Under the pieces are notes generated by a model. That model was given only the letters and a program-made list of their open reading frames with translations. It made no database searches and had not been told where the DNA came from. Position numbers and translations under genes: made by a program. Of a stretch of 64,000 nucleotides of DNA, positions 29,541 through 40,531 are shown piece after piece; positions within the stretch are counted from its first letter, which is position 1, and each line of letters starts with the position of its first letter. The DNA comes from an uncultured delta proteobacterium (GTDB taxonomy: Bacteria; Desulfobacterota; BSN033; UBA1163), in contig CAWHBU010000007.1 in NCBI GenBank assembly GCA_963827685.1, forward strand, positions 177,129-241,128, written 5' to 3'.

Positions 29541-30308
29541 ATGATGTTTATCAGAAAGTTGGGTGCACTATCACTGATGGGTTTGCGAAGAACAGGGCGC
29601 TTGGGTCTTTTCCTTGCCAAGACATTTTTCTTTGCGGTAACCCCTCCTTTGAATTTTTCACAACTTCTCAAACAAATTCAATTTATCGGATTTCAATCCG
29701 CTCTCGTCATTTTTCTGACAGGAGCCTTCACGGGGATGGTCCTCGGTCTTCAGGGGTTTTACACACTGAACCGATTCGGCTCGGCTGCGCTCTTAGGGCC
29801 GATGGTTGCCCTCTCCCTCATTAAAGAGCTTGGACCTGTCCTGTCCGGATTAATGGTTACGGGAAGGGCCGGCTCTGCGATGACCGCTGAAATAGGGATC
29901 ATGCGAATCACGGAACAGATCGATGCGATCGAGTTGATGGGTCTCAACCCTCTTCGGTATCTCGTCGTTCCAAAATTTTTGGCGGGCATTTTAGCCCTGC
30001 CTCTGCTCACTGCCATTTTCGATGTCGTCGGCATCTTCGGAGGCTATCTCATCGGCGTGAAGCTTCTCGGCATCGGCGAAGGTACCTACTTCGGCGAAAT
30101 GACCAATTACGTCCGCATCCAGGATGTCACAGAGGGGATCTATAAGTCTCTTAGCTTTGGAGTACTGATTACCTGGGTCTCCTGTTATAAAGGGTACTAT
30201 GTCGGATTCGGGGCCGAGGGCGTCAGCAAGGCCACTACCCAAGCTGTCGTCCTCTCATCGGTGTTGATCCTCTTCTGGGATTATATTCTAACTTCTGCTC
30301 TGTTTTGA
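29541..30308 (+). CDS. mlaE: MlaE ABC permease
   Basis: KELGPVL, GRAGSAMTAEIGIMRITEQIDA, GVSKATT.AVV. Confidence 0.93.
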   Translation: MMFIRKLGALSLMGLRRTGRLGLFLAKTFFFAVTPPLNFSQLLKQIQFIGFQSALVIFLTGAFTGMVLGLQGFYTLNRFGSAALLGPMVALSLIKELGPVLSGLMVTGRAGSAMTAEIGIMRITEQIDAIELMGLNPLRYLVVPKFLAGILALPLLTAIFDVVGIFGGYLIGVKLLGIGEGTYFGEMTNYVRIQDVTEGIYKSLSFGVLITWVSCYKGYYVGFGAEGVSKATTQAVVLSSVLILFWDYILTSALF

Positions 30309-30315
30309 GGACTGT

Positions 30316-31101
30316 ATGATCAAAATGGAAAACCTGTATAAGTCCTTTGAAGACCTCGAGGTGCTTAAGGGGGTATCGCTTCAAGTGGAGAGGGGTGAGA
30401 TTCTCGCTCTGATCGGAGGAAGCGGTCATGGCAAAACCGTTATTCTGAAACATGTCGCAGGATTGATGAAACCGGATCGAGGGCACGTTTATATTGATGG
30501 AAAAGATGTCTTCAGCCTGAGAGGGGATGAACTCGAACAGTTGAGAAGCCACTTGGGTTTTCTCTTTCAAAGTGGTGCCTTGTTTTCCTCCTTAACCGTT
30601 TTTGACAATGTGGCCTTCCCTCTGAGAGAAAAGACCCATTCAAGCAAAGAGGAAATTAGGGAAAAGGTACTCAATGTTTTGGAACAGGTCGGTTTGAGAG
30701 GCGCAGAGGACAAGTATCCGGCCCAGATCAGCGGAGGGATGATCAAACGTACTGCCCTGGCCCGTTCCCTGGTGAGGCATCCTGGGATCATGCTCTTTGA
30801 TGAACCCACCACGGGGCTGGATCCCGTGATTGCCCACACGATTCTCGACCTCATCAAATCGATTCACAAAGATCTTGGCTTCACAGGAATGATTGTTAGC
30901 CATGAGTTATCGAGAGTATTTCAAATCGTTCAAAAAGTGGCGATGCTCCATGATGGGATTATTCTGTTCGTGGGGACACCCGAGGAGATCATGGCATCCA
31001 GAGACCCTGTCGTTCGGCAATTCATCACGGAAGCATTGAGGATCCCATCGGGTGCCATGAGGGACTTCCATCAGGAGGGGAAGTTCGATGAGAAACGATG
31101 A
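30316..31101 (+). CDS. mlaF: MlaF ABC ATPase
   Basis: GGSGHGKT, FQSGALF, ISGGM, FDEPTTGLDP. Confidence 0.92.
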   Translation: MIKMENLYKSFEDLEVLKGVSLQVERGEILALIGGSGHGKTVILKHVAGLMKPDRGHVYIDGKDVFSLRGDELEQLRSHLGFLFQSGALFSSLTVFDNVAFPLREKTHSSKEEIREKVLNVLEQVGLRGAEDKYPAQISGGMIKRTALARSLVRHPGIMLFDEPTTGLDPVIAHTILDLIKSIHKDLGFTGMIVSHELSRVFQIVQKVAMLHDGIILFVGTPEEIMASRDPVVRQFITEALRIPSGAMRDFHQEGKFDEKR

Positions 31102-31146
31102 AGCCATTCAGCGATCATGGAGTCGAGGAACGTCAAGGGGGGAACG

Positions 31147-31587
31147 ATGAAAAAGTTTGATCTTGAGCTTGCGGTTGGATTATTTATCATTGCAGGAATC
31201 CTCTGTTTGGGCTACCTCTCCATCAAACTTGGGAAAATGGAGATTATGGGAGAAAGAGGATATGAAATCTATGGGGTGTTTTCCAACATCGGAGGTCTCA
31301 AAGTCGGCTCCTCCGTTGAAATCGCAGGAGTAAATGTCGGGCGCGTTAAAAGCATCACGTTAAATAATTATCAAGCTCATGTTGTCTTGAATTTTCCTAA
31401 GGCCTTAGGAATCCAGGAAGACGCCATCGCTTCCGTCAAGACCAGGGGCCTGGTCGGGGAAAAGTATATCGAAATCACGCCGGGTGGATCAGAGCAGGTT
31501 ATTAAACCAGGAGGCCGAATTCGGGAAACCCAGCCGGCCATCGATATGGAAGAATTGATTTCTAAGTTTGTCTTTGGGAAAATTTAG
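31147..31587 (+). CDS. mlaD: MlaD MCE protein
   Basis: N-terminal TM; GGLKVGSSVEIAGVNVGRV; TRGLVGEKYI. Confidence 0.92.
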   Translation: MKKFDLELAVGLFIIAGILCLGYLSIKLGKMEIMGERGYEIYGVFSNIGGLKVGSSVEIAGVNVGRVKSITLNNYQAHVVLNFPKALGIQEDAIASVKTRGLVGEKYIEITPGGSEQVIKPGGRIRETQPAIDMEELISKFVFGKI

Positions 31588-31609
31588 AGGATTTACCGAG
31601 GAGGTCTTT

Positions 31610-32215
31610 ATGAGCCCAACCTATCTTATCCGGGGTATATTATCCCTCTTTATCGTTGGGGCGATGGCTGTCCCCGTGCTGGCAGCGGATCCAATGGAAG
31701 AGATTAGACAGACGACGGACAAGATTCTCTCCATTGTCACCAATCCAGCTTTTAAAGCGCCCTCCAAGACTGAAGAGAAGGAGAAACTCATTCGCCAGGC
31801 AGAAGACGAGCGATTCGATTGGGAGGAGATAGCCCGCCGATCTCTGGCAACCCATTGGGCAGAGAGAACGGCCGAGGAGAGGAAAGAGTTCATCCGTCTC
31901 TTTGCGGACTTGCTGGAACGAACGTACATGAGGAAAGTGGAGGACTACTCCGGAGAGAAGGTCCTCTATGAGGGGGAAACCCAAGAAGGGGATTATGCCG
32001 CCGTCAAAGTCAAAATCGTCACCAAAAGGAACGATAAAGACATTGCCGTCGAGTACCGTCTCAAGAAAGAGGGAAATAACTGGCTCATCTATGATGTCTC
32101 GATTGAGGGCGTAAGCCTGGTCAACAATTACCGGACACAATTTAACAGCATCATATTGCAATCCTCTTACGAGAATCTGGTCAAGAGGCTGAGAGAAAAA
32201 GTCGAACTAAAGTAG
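31610..32215 (+). CDS. mlaC: MlaC/Ttg2D periplasmic lipid shuttle
   Basis: FDWEEIARRSL, W.IYDVSIEGVSLVNNYRTQF. Confidence 0.9.
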   Translation: MSPTYLIRGILSLFIVGAMAVPVLAADPMEEIRQTTDKILSIVTNPAFKAPSKTEEKEKLIRQAEDERFDWEEIARRSLATHWAERTAEERKEFIRLFADLLERTYMRKVEDYSGEKVLYEGETQEGDYAAVKVKIVTKRNDKDIAVEYRLKKEGNNWLIYDVSIEGVSLVNNYRTQFNSIILQSSYENLVKRLREKVELK

Positions 32216-32287
32216 GACTTCATTGAATCAGCTTGTTAGTGAAACGAGAGAGAAAAGACATCGTCATTTCAGAGTGAAGGTGAAGGG

Positions 32288-33196
32288 ATGAAGATTCTTT
32301 GCCGGCTCTGCATACTTTCAGCGCTATGTCTCATCCTGTTTCCCGGTCCGTGTGCTGGATCTCCTCCCTCTGAGGCTTCCGTTTCCATATCGCCTTCGGA
32401 CGAAGCCAATCCGATGGCAATAGCCATCGAACCTCTTGAACCTTTAAGTGAGGCAAAGCCGTCAGAATCTTCTTATCCCGTTGAGCCTTCCTTTTCTACG
32501 AATCAGGAAGATGAGCCGACTCAGATCACCGATGAAAATAAACCATCAGAACCCTCCGAGCTTGAAGAACCTGTGGCAGGCATTGCGGATCCCCTGGAAC
32601 CCGTTAATCGCGCCTTTTTCCACTTTAATGACAAACTTTATTTCTGGGTTTTTAAACCCGTTGCCACCGGATACAAGGCTGTCATCCCCGAGGATGGAAG
32701 AATTGGGGTACATAACTTTTTCTCCAATGTAACGACCCCTGTCCGCCTGGTCAACTGCCTGCTCCAGGCCAAATTCAAGGGTGCCGGCAATGAAACGGTT
32801 CGTTTTGTTTTGAATACGACCCTTGGCATAGGCGGTTTTTTAGACCCGGCCAAGAAGACATTCAGAATTGAAAAACAGGAAGCGGATTTTGGTCAAACCC
32901 TCGGAATCTGGGGAATTGGACCGGCTTTCTACATCAATTGGCCCGTACTGGGCCCGTCTAATGTGCGAGACACAGTTGGCTATGTCGGAGACCTTTTCTT
33001 CGATCCGCGAACCTATCTGGCCGCCCAATTTCTGGTGGCTGAGATTGTCAATACAGGTTCATGGGCATTGGATAAGGTTAACGAAACCTCTCTGACGCTT
33101 GGCGAATACGAGAATTTAAAAAAGGCCGCCCTCGACCCCTATATCGCTTTAAGAGAGGCTTACCAACAATACCGGCGGAATAAGATTGGGAAATGA
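32288..33196 (+). CDS. mlaA: MlaA/VacJ lipoprotein family
   Basis: DPLEPVNR..FHFND, NTTLGIGG, DFGQTLG.WG, LGPSNVRD, DPYIALR. Confidence 0.92.
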   Translation: MKILCRLCILSALCLILFPGPCAGSPPSEASVSISPSDEANPMAIAIEPLEPLSEAKPSESSYPVEPSFSTNQEDEPTQITDENKPSEPSELEEPVAGIADPLEPVNRAFFHFNDKLYFWVFKPVATGYKAVIPEDGRIGVHNFFSNVTTPVRLVNCLLQAKFKGAGNETVRFVLNTTLGIGGFLDPAKKTFRIEKQEADFGQTLGIWGIGPAFYINWPVLGPSNVRDTVGYVGDLFFDPRTYLAAQFLVAEIVNTGSWALDKVNETSLTLGEYENLKKAALDPYIALREAYQQYRRNKIGK

Positions 33197-33328
33197 AGAG
33201 CCAAACCGAAAAGTCCTTGATTCAGAATCTCAGAAACACCTCGAAGGTAACCTTGGTTCGATTCGAGGCCTCTTGAAGACCTTCGGTGGATCACTCCCAT
33301 TTGACAGCAACCCGCGCTGTCTCTCGCG

Positions 33329-34330
33329 CTAACGGTGATCGCGGAGATACCCGTTCTCTCGAAACCAATATACTGCGTCGCGCAAAGCCTCCTCAACAGG
33401 CCGTGGATTAAATCCCAAAAAGCGCCTTGCCTTTTCTATTGAAAAAAACATCCTTTTCCTTGCCAATCGCACCCCATTGAGTGTGACGCGCGGCTCTCTC
33501 CTGCTCACAATGCGGGCCCAGGCCTCAGACATACATGCGATGGGAAAGACGAGAGGATGGGGCAAACAGATTTTCGGAGGATTCTGGCCGGTGAGGGTCG
33601 CGATGGCACAGAGAATCTCTTTCAGCGTCATATTGCACGCTCCCAGGATGTATCGGTCACCCACTTTGCCATGCTCCAAAGCGAGGAGATGACCGATCGC
33701 CACATCATCCACATGGACCAAGTTGAGACCTGTATCCACATAGGCGGGCATACGGCCAGAGGCTGCATCAACAATGATCCGGCCGGTGGGTGTAGGTTTG
33801 ATGTCCCGAGGACCGACGGGGGTTGAGGGATTGACAATGATGACAGGAAGACCTTGCTCATCGGCGAGGCGCTTCACCTCCGCTTCAGCCATGAACTTCG
33901 AGCGTTTGTAATGACCAATCATGTCTTTGAGCGACACAGGCGTGTCTTCATCAGCAGGACTCCCGTTCAGAGTGAACCCAAGGGTTGCCACACTGCTCGT
34001 ATAGACAACACGCTTGATTCCAGCATTCATGGCGGCAAACATGATATGGCGCGTTCCAATGACATTGGTCTCATACATTTCGCCGGGCTTGGGAACCCAC
34101 AACCGGTAGTCCGCCGCTACATGAAACAGTGTGGAACAGTCCACCATCGCACGATCGAGTGACCGACGATCCGTGACATCGCCGGTGACGATCTCCACGG
34201 GCAAACCGGCAAGGTTGCGGCGATCACTTTTGGGTCTGACCAGAGCCCGGATGTGGTGACCGGCCGCAAGGAGTTGACGCAATACCGCAGACCCGACGAA
34301 ACCGGAGGCGCCCGTGATCAAAGTCTTCAT
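33329..34330 (-). CDS. hpnA: Hopanoid-associated sugar epimerase
   Basis: TGASGFVG, HVAADYRLW, YKRSK, GPRDIKPTPTG; in operon with shc. Confidence 0.9.
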   Translation of the reverse strand: MKTLITGASGFVGSAVLRQLLAAGHHIRALVRPKSDRRNLAGLPVEIVTGDVTDRRSLDRAMVDCSTLFHVAADYRLWVPKPGEMYETNVIGTRHIMFAAMNAGIKRVVYTSSVATLGFTLNGSPADEDTPVSLKDMIGHYKRSKFMAEAEVKRLADEQGLPVIIVNPSTPVGPRDIKPTPTGRIIVDAASGRMPAYVDTGLNLVHVDDVAIGHLLALEHGKVGDRYILGACNMTLKEILCAIATLTGQNPPKICLPHPLVFPIACMSEAWARIVSRREPRVTLNGVRLARKRMFFSIEKARRFLGFNPRPVEEALRDAVYWFRENGYLRDHR

Positions 34331-34468
34331 AGTCTCCCTTCGAGGAGATCCTCCTCTCTCACTGTCTTGGTACATGCGCCGCAGATCATATAGATTCCGC
34401 TCGCTACACCCTAACTCAGTGGAGACGGCAAATCCATCAGTGGGTGGGAATACCTCTCCTTTGATTCA

Positions 34469-35181
34469 CTATGGTGGAATGAGCAGATGGCTTCCTGCAA
34501 AGCGCACTACCTTTGCCAGTGTGACTTGTGCCGTGCGGAAATTCCAGCCGAGGCGGATCATCGGAAAGAGTTCCAAAGGGTGTTCCGCAAGCTTTTTCAG
34601 GAGTGTGAGGAATCTTATTCGCCCAAATTCATCCACAGCCGCTAAAGAGGTTTCAGGAATGGCCATATCAAATGGATCGGCGATGGCACGAATGGCCATA
34701 AACGGGGCGTGCGCTTCCTGAGCCACCTTGGCCACAGCCCCACTCTCCATGTCCACTGCCATCGCGCCAGTGCGTTCAAACAAAACTCTCTTTTCCGTGG
34801 AGCTTCTCAACACCGTGCCACTTTCAGCTAAGGGGCCTTGGTGAAGATCAACACAGCCTTTCAGTCGATTGAGCAAACGTCCATGCCAGGTTGGGTCAGT
34901 GGAATAGAGAGACTGATCAGTGTCGATGACCAAGCTTGGGAGAACCAGACTGCCAGAAGAAAGAGTTGGGACGAGCCCCCGGCGCTTCCCCAGCTCAGGA
35001 GGGCAGTTGCCCCGTGTTCCAGTAAATTCTTGGCAGCTCCCCCTGCCCTTCGTGGGCCAATACCGGAGAGCTGGATCACTGTTCCTTCTGGAAGGCGAAT
35101 CAACTCATTTGTGGCGAAGGTTTTTCTTACCAAGCTCCGGGCTTCAACCGCCGTCGCTACGACAATCCCTAAGTGTCTCAA
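34469..35181 (-). pseudogene. hpnG: Hopanoid-associated phosphorylase, frameshifted
   Basis: N half (GIVVA..EA, SWGSAGG) and C half (AVDMESGAVA, RAIADP) in different frames; switch at the C5 run 34976-34980. Confidence 0.8.
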
Positions 35182-37118
35182 ACTGATTTCCTACTTCGCA
35201 GGTTGCGATAGCGTGCCAACGCCCATAAGGGGAAGTATTTCGCGTACCCGTGATACTTCAGAAAGAAAACCCGAGGGAAACCCGGCGCGGTGAACCACTC
35301 ATCTTTCCATAGACCATCGGCCTGTTGTGTCCGCATGAGGTACTCGGCACCCCGGCGCAACTCAGTCGAATCGACCTCCCCCGCAGCCATAAGACCAAGC
35401 ATCGCCCAGGCCGTCTGGAACGGGGTGCTGGCGTAACCCTGTCCCGCCCGCTCCGGATGAAAATAAGTGTCGCAGTCCTCACCCCAGCCGCCATCAGGCC
35501 GTTGTACACTTTTCATCCAAGCGACTGCACGATGAATGGGTGCTTGATCTGGGTGGTGGCCTGTTTTTTCAAGGGCAGCGAGCACTGACCACGTGCCGTA
35601 GATATAATTGGCACCCCAGCGACCGAACCAGGAACCATTTTTCTCCTGTTCCTTCCGTAGATAATCAAGGCATGCCTTGAGCTCGCGGTCGTGATGGCCG
35701 AGTTGAGCCAGCAGGGTTGCACAGCGAGCACTCACATCGCTGGTTGGCGGATCGAGGAGAGCTTGGTGATCCGCAAACGGGATTTCATTAAGATAATAAT
35801 AGGTGTTGTCAGCATCGTACGCAGCAAACCCTCCGTTTCTTGACTGCATGCCGCAAATCCAATCGATGGCACGTTGGATCGATTCGTCGTAGCGCTTTGG
35901 GTCAGTCTGAATCATTGCCCAGGCGACCGCGGAGGTATCGTCGAGATCGGGATAGTATGAATTGTTAAACTGAAAAGCCCATCCACCGCCCTTGAGGTCC
36001 GGACGGTTCTCACACCAATCACCCGGCCCATCAAGTAATTGTCGATCTTTGAGCCACTCCAAAGCACGTAGGATATTTTCTGCGGTCATACTACTGGATT
36101 CTTCCTGCAGTGCCAGGCAGGAAAGAGCGGTATCCCAGACAGGTGATACACACGGCTGACAATAGGCTGTATTGCCACCGATGACAAGGAGGTTCTTTAA
36201 CGCCCCCTTGGTAGTCACCCGGTAAGGGTGCTCAGACGGATATCCCAGGCAAGCCAGGGCCTCGTGTGCATTGACCATAGCCGGAAAGATCCCGCCAAGA
36301 CCATCGATCCCGTTCAGTCGTTCGATGAACCACTCTCCCGCTTTTTCCACTGCTGACCGTCGAACGCTCTTGGGAATAAAGGGTTCCATAAAACGTCCCA
36401 TCCTGTCGAGCAGCAAGAAGACACGGTTAAGGCGGGAGCGGACGGGAAAGTAATGTTTTTCTTTCTCAGGTGGAGTGCAGAAGAGCTCGCGCATGTGGAT
36501 CTGCTTGGGATTTTTGGCCTTTGGCTTTAGACTGCATAAAATAGATAACGGAATAGCTACGGTTCGCGACCAGTAAGAGACCTTGCTGATGTGGAAAGGG
36601 AACCAGCGAGGCAACAGGATGAGCTCAACAGGTATGAAAGGGACACCGCGCCAAGGAATTTGGCCGAAAAGTGCAAGGGTGATGCGAGTGAACACATTCG
36701 ATCGCGCTGCGCCACCATGGGCAAGGATAGCTTCGCACGCTTTCACCATGTGGGGCGCATCAGGGCTATCCCCAGCCAATTTTAAAGCATAGTAAGTTTT
36801 TACAGAAGAGCTCATGTCGAACTGTCCGCCATAAAATAGCGGCCAGCCCCCGTGATCACCCTGGTGCCCACGGAGATAGACGGCTATTTTAGCCTGAAGA
36901 TCCTCGTCGATTTCATCCATGTAGTGCATCATCAAGATGTATTCGGCCGGAATCGTGCAGTCCGCCTCCAACTCAAAGCACCAATAGCCATCTGGATGCT
37001 GCAAGGCGAGCAGAGCCTCGCGGGCCCGTAAAATGGCCTGCTCAAGCCTCTCCCTAAAAAAAGAGTCTGCCAGATAGGAAATCTCTTCCTTTTTTTCGTA
37101 ATTCAATTGCGGGGACAT
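35178..37118 (-). CDS. shc: Squalene-hopene cyclase
   Basis: YPDLDDT (DxDD), QW repeats (QHPDGYW, QEKNGSW, QRPDGGW), GFPRVFFLKY. Confidence 0.96.
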   Translation of the reverse strand: MSPQLNYEKKEEISYLADSFFRERLEQAILRAREALLALQHPDGYWCFELEADCTIPAEYILMMHYMDEIDEDLQAKIAVYLRGHQGDHGGWPLFYGGQFDMSSSVKTYYALKLAGDSPDAPHMVKACEAILAHGGAARSNVFTRITLALFGQIPWRGVPFIPVELILLPRWFPFHISKVSYWSRTVAIPLSILCSLKPKAKNPKQIHMRELFCTPPEKEKHYFPVRSRLNRVFLLLDRMGRFMEPFIPKSVRRSAVEKAGEWFIERLNGIDGLGGIFPAMVNAHEALACLGYPSEHPYRVTTKGALKNLLVIGGNTAYCQPCVSPVWDTALSCLALQEESSSMTAENILRALEWLKDRQLLDGPGDWCENRPDLKGGGWAFQFNNSYYPDLDDTSAVAWAMIQTDPKRYDESIQRAIDWICGMQSRNGGFAAYDADNTYYYLNEIPFADHQALLDPPTSDVSARCATLLAQLGHHDRELKACLDYLRKEQEKNGSWFGRWGANYIYGTWSVLAALEKTGHHPDQAPIHRAVAWMKSVQRPDGGWGEDCDTYFHPERAGQGYASTPFQTAWAMLGLMAAGEVDSTELRRGAEYLMRTQQADGLWKDEWFTAPGFPRVFFLKYHGYAKYFPLWALARYRNLRSRKSV

Positions 37119-37576
37119 AAGTTCAACGGCACTGAATTGACTTTAGGATAAATTAGCACGCCTTCAGCTACAATGCAACTCAAAAATGATGAAGGCGAAA
37201 CCGTTGGAAATATCTCAAGGGCTTTTCTGGTAAACATAACGATAGAATTCTAATCGTTGGCAATGTCAATTGTCACCTCTGGATCCACATCCTGGGAAGG
37301 TGCATCAAGGAGGCAGCTTTCCTCTATGAAGCAGGCAAGATAGGCAGGCCACACCGAATACCAACAGGTTGGCCAAGCAATGAAAGGCCTTTTTGGAAAA
37401 GACAACCTGGGTTCCATTTGAACCGTTCATGAAGAACTTCACTGGATGATCCACATTTGATCACTTTTTTCATCCCAGAAACCCTTTCAGAAACCAACCA
37501 CTGTCGGTGAAACTCACCTTCTCTCTTGTTTTTTACGGCGTATTTTTTTATCATAAAACGTCTTACGTCAAATTGA

Positions 37577-37684
37577 TACTTCGACGGCGCCAAACCCGAT
37601 CCTTTAGGACAGGGTGAGGAGCGCTGCTCAGTATCAACCCTGAGTAAACCCCGGGCTTTAGACCGGGGAAAGTCGAAGGGTTGA
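37577..37684. repeat. Composite REP-like palindrome
   Basis: CTTCGAC...GCTCAG / TCAACCCTGAG...GTCGAAGGGTTGA with internal hairpins. Confidence 0.5.
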
Positions 37685-37703
37685 TTTCTTTGGACCGCTT
37701 GCG

Positions 37704-40358
37704 ATGATAGAACGGGCTCGAACTTATTCAACACGTCTTTTCGGAGCGTGGGCAGATTTCATCGGCCATCATTCCGCCCTTGTCCTTTTTCTCTCCGTCC
37801 TTGCAACGGTTGGGGTGCTGATCTATACGGTGAACCATTTTCGGATTGATACGGAACTGGCGGATATGATCTCCGAAAAGCTTCCCTATCGCAAACTGGA
37901 GAAAGAGTTCCAAAACGCCTTTCCTCAATTCAAGGAAACCATTGTGGTCGTTATCGACGCCGATACCCCTGAGACCGCCCGCCTTCAGAGACAAAAATTG
38001 GCCGAACGCTTAAAGAAGGAGACGGGCTTATTCAAAGGGGTTTACACGCCAGGAAGTGGGGAATTCTTTGAGAGAAATGGTCTCCTCTATCTGACCGTAA
38101 AGGACCTCGAAGCCCTTTCTGAAAACCTCGCAAGTGCCCAGCCTTTGCTCGGACTCATTTCAAAGGATCTAACCCTCCGGGGTCTCTTCTCCGTCGTCGA
38201 AAGGATTGTGAACCAAGAAGGGGATATCGAGCAGAAGACAAAGCTCGTACCCTTCTTGGATCACCTAGCCCAAACAGTTGAAAGTTCAACTTCAAACCGG
38301 CCGAGACCACTTTCCTGGCAGGAACTCATTCTGGGGAAAGAGGCGGCGGGAGAGGCAAGCCGTCAGTTTATAATCCTTGATCCTGTTCTTGACCACGCTA
38401 CGCTTTCCGGAGGAGAGGCTGGCATCGAAGCAATTTATCGTATCAGGGACGAGCTCGGCCTTCATGAAGCCAATGGGGTGACGGTCCGGCTGACAGGGGA
38501 CGTTGTTCTCAATTATGAAAATCTGGTTGCGGTGAACAGAGGAATGGGATTAACGACTCTCATATCCTTCCTCCTCGTGGCCGTCGCCCTTGTGATCGGC
38601 CTGGGTTCTGGCAGGCTTGTCTTCGCCAGCCTTGTGACCCTTCTCATGGGTTTCATTTGGACCCTCGGGTTTGCCATTGCCTTTGTAGGTCGTCTCAATC
38701 TCATTTCTGTCGCCTTCGGGGTGCTTTTCATAGGCCTTGGCATTGATTACGGCATCCAATACTGTATCCGGTATCGGGAGCTGATCGCATCGGGTCTCGG
38801 ACACCACGGGGCGATTGTCCAAACGGCAACGGGATTGGGCCTTGGCCTGCGGCTTTGCACCGTTGCCGCGGCCATCGGTTTTTACTCCTTTTTGCCAACC
38901 CCTTATACCGGCGTTTCAGAACTGGGGCTCATCGCCGGTACAGGAATGTTCATCAACCTCTTTGCTACCCTTACCGTACTCCCTGCACTCCTTACCCTGC
39001 TTCCCCTTAGGAAGGCAAGCATAAGAGAATTCACTCCTGACAGGCCCGTATACCGGGTGCTCTACAAACATGCTAAGGCGATCGTGCTCGGCGCGATCGT
39101 GATTGGGATAGGGGCTGCCTTCCTCGTACCCAAACTTTATTTCGACTATAATCCCCTCAATCTCTATGATCCGCATTCCGAGGCGGTTTTGACGATTAAG
39201 GAACTTTTCAAAAATGAAAGGACCTCTCCGTGGACAATCTCCATCCTTGCAGGAAATGCCAAAGAGGCAGAGGAGATGGCAGGCAGGTTAAAAGGTCTTA
39301 AAGAAGTCAAAGAGGCAATCACGATTGCCAGCTTCGTTCCTGAAGATCAGTCGAGCAAACTGGCGATCCTCTCCGACATTGCCCTTTTTATGCCGCCAGG
39401 ACTGCAAACGCTGAAACCAGAAAAGTTGAGTTATGAAAAGAACGTAGCGTCTTTAGAAAGTTTGGAAACCTCCCTGAAGAAGGTCCTCTCCACGGCTCCA
39501 AAAGAGAATGGCGACTATGCCACCCCTGTCAGCCGCCTCCATCGTTCCCTGGAAGGGTTCAGAAGAACTCTTCGTCATCCGGGAAATGGGAAGGAAGCAT
39601 TTGATAAGCTTGAGCAGAGTGTTCTTTCCAACTTGCCTGTCCTCTTTCATGAGCTCGAGACGTCTCTTCGGGCACATGCTGTGAAAGAATCGGATTTGCC
39701 CCGTGAATTACGTTCCCGGTATGTGGCACCGGACGGACGTTATCGTGTCGAGGTCTTCCCCCGAGAGAATATCTTGGAGACCGACTCTTTGAAAAGTTTC
39801 GTTGAAGCGGTGAGTGCCTTGGCCCCGAATTCAACGGATACGCCTGTAACGATACAGGAAGCAGGGAATGCAGTTGTCCGTTCCTTTCTTCTGGCGACTC
39901 TGTATGCTCTTTTGGCGATCACTCTCTACATGCTGATCGAGATCAGAAGTGCCTCAGATACCTTCCTCGTCCTTTTACCGCTCACGCTTTCGCTGCTGAT
40001 GACAGGGGCTACCTCCGTCATCCTCGATATCCCTTTCAATTTTGCAAACGTCATAGTAATCCCCCTTCTTCTGGGCAGCGGTGTGGAGGGTATCTATCTC
40101 ATCCACCGTTTCCGCACGGACCCGCCATCGAGTGGTAACATGCTGGAAACGAGCACGGCGAGGGCTCTCTTTTTCAGTACCCTGACGACCATCCTGAGCT
40201 TCAGCGCTCTCTCTTTTTCCCCCCACCGCGGCATGGCCAGTATGGGAAAGCTTCTCACCATCTGCATCGGTTCCCTCATGATCACCACGCTCGTTTTTCT
40301 ACCTGCGGTGTTGAAATTTGTAAAAACCACAGAAAGAAATCCGAGTCGCAAGGAATAG
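37704..40358 (+). CDS. hpnN: Hopanoid RND/MMPL transporter
   Basis: GRLNLISVAF.VLFIGLGIDY, FDYNPLNL, PFNFANVI, HRGMASMG; two MMPL halves. Confidence 0.92.
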   Translation: MIERARTYSTRLFGAWADFIGHHSALVLFLSVLATVGVLIYTVNHFRIDTELADMISEKLPYRKLEKEFQNAFPQFKETIVVVIDADTPETARLQRQKLAERLKKETGLFKGVYTPGSGEFFERNGLLYLTVKDLEALSENLASAQPLLGLISKDLTLRGLFSVVERIVNQEGDIEQKTKLVPFLDHLAQTVESSTSNRPRPLSWQELILGKEAAGEASRQFIILDPVLDHATLSGGEAGIEAIYRIRDELGLHEANGVTVRLTGDVVLNYENLVAVNRGMGLTTLISFLLVAVALVIGLGSGRLVFASLVTLLMGFIWTLGFAIAFVGRLNLISVAFGVLFIGLGIDYGIQYCIRYRELIASGLGHHGAIVQTATGLGLGLRLCTVAAAIGFYSFLPTPYTGVSELGLIAGTGMFINLFATLTVLPALLTLLPLRKASIREFTPDRPVYRVLYKHAKAIVLGAIVIGIGAAFLVPKLYFDYNPLNLYDPHSEAVLTIKELFKNERTSPWTISILAGNAKEAEEMAGRLKGLKEVKEAITIASFVPEDQSSKLAILSDIALFMPPGLQTLKPEKLSYEKNVASLESLETSLKKVLSTAPKENGDYATPVSRLHRSLEGFRRTLRHPGNGKEAFDKLEQSVLSNLPVLFHELETSLRAHAVKESDLPRELRSRYVAPDGRYRVEVFPRENILETDSLKSFVEAVSALAPNSTDTPVTIQEAGNAVVRSFLLATLYALLAITLYMLIEIRSASDTFLVLLPLTLSLLMTGATSVILDIPFNFANVIVIPLLLGSGVEGIYLIHRFRTDPPSSGNMLETSTARALFFSTLTTILSFSALSFSPHRGMASMGKLLTICIGSLMITTLVFLPAVLKFVKTTERNPSRKE

Positions 40359-40531
40359 CACGCCTTCAGAAGAAATGGCCTCTCCCCCTTCATCGAGGTT
40401 GCCCGATTGCAAATCACCTGGAAAAAGAATAAGATTGGTTCAAGTCACCCAGTTCAGTTTATTTTTTTGAAAAAACCCTCGGCGAAAGAATTGAGGAATA
40501 ATCAGAGAAAGTAGACACCCTGCTCCAATGG

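Noticed and set aside
37154-40369. 14-bp direct repeat TAGCACGCCTTCAG flanking hpnN
   Set aside because: Several 14-mer repeats are expected by chance in 64 kb; no other mobility signal
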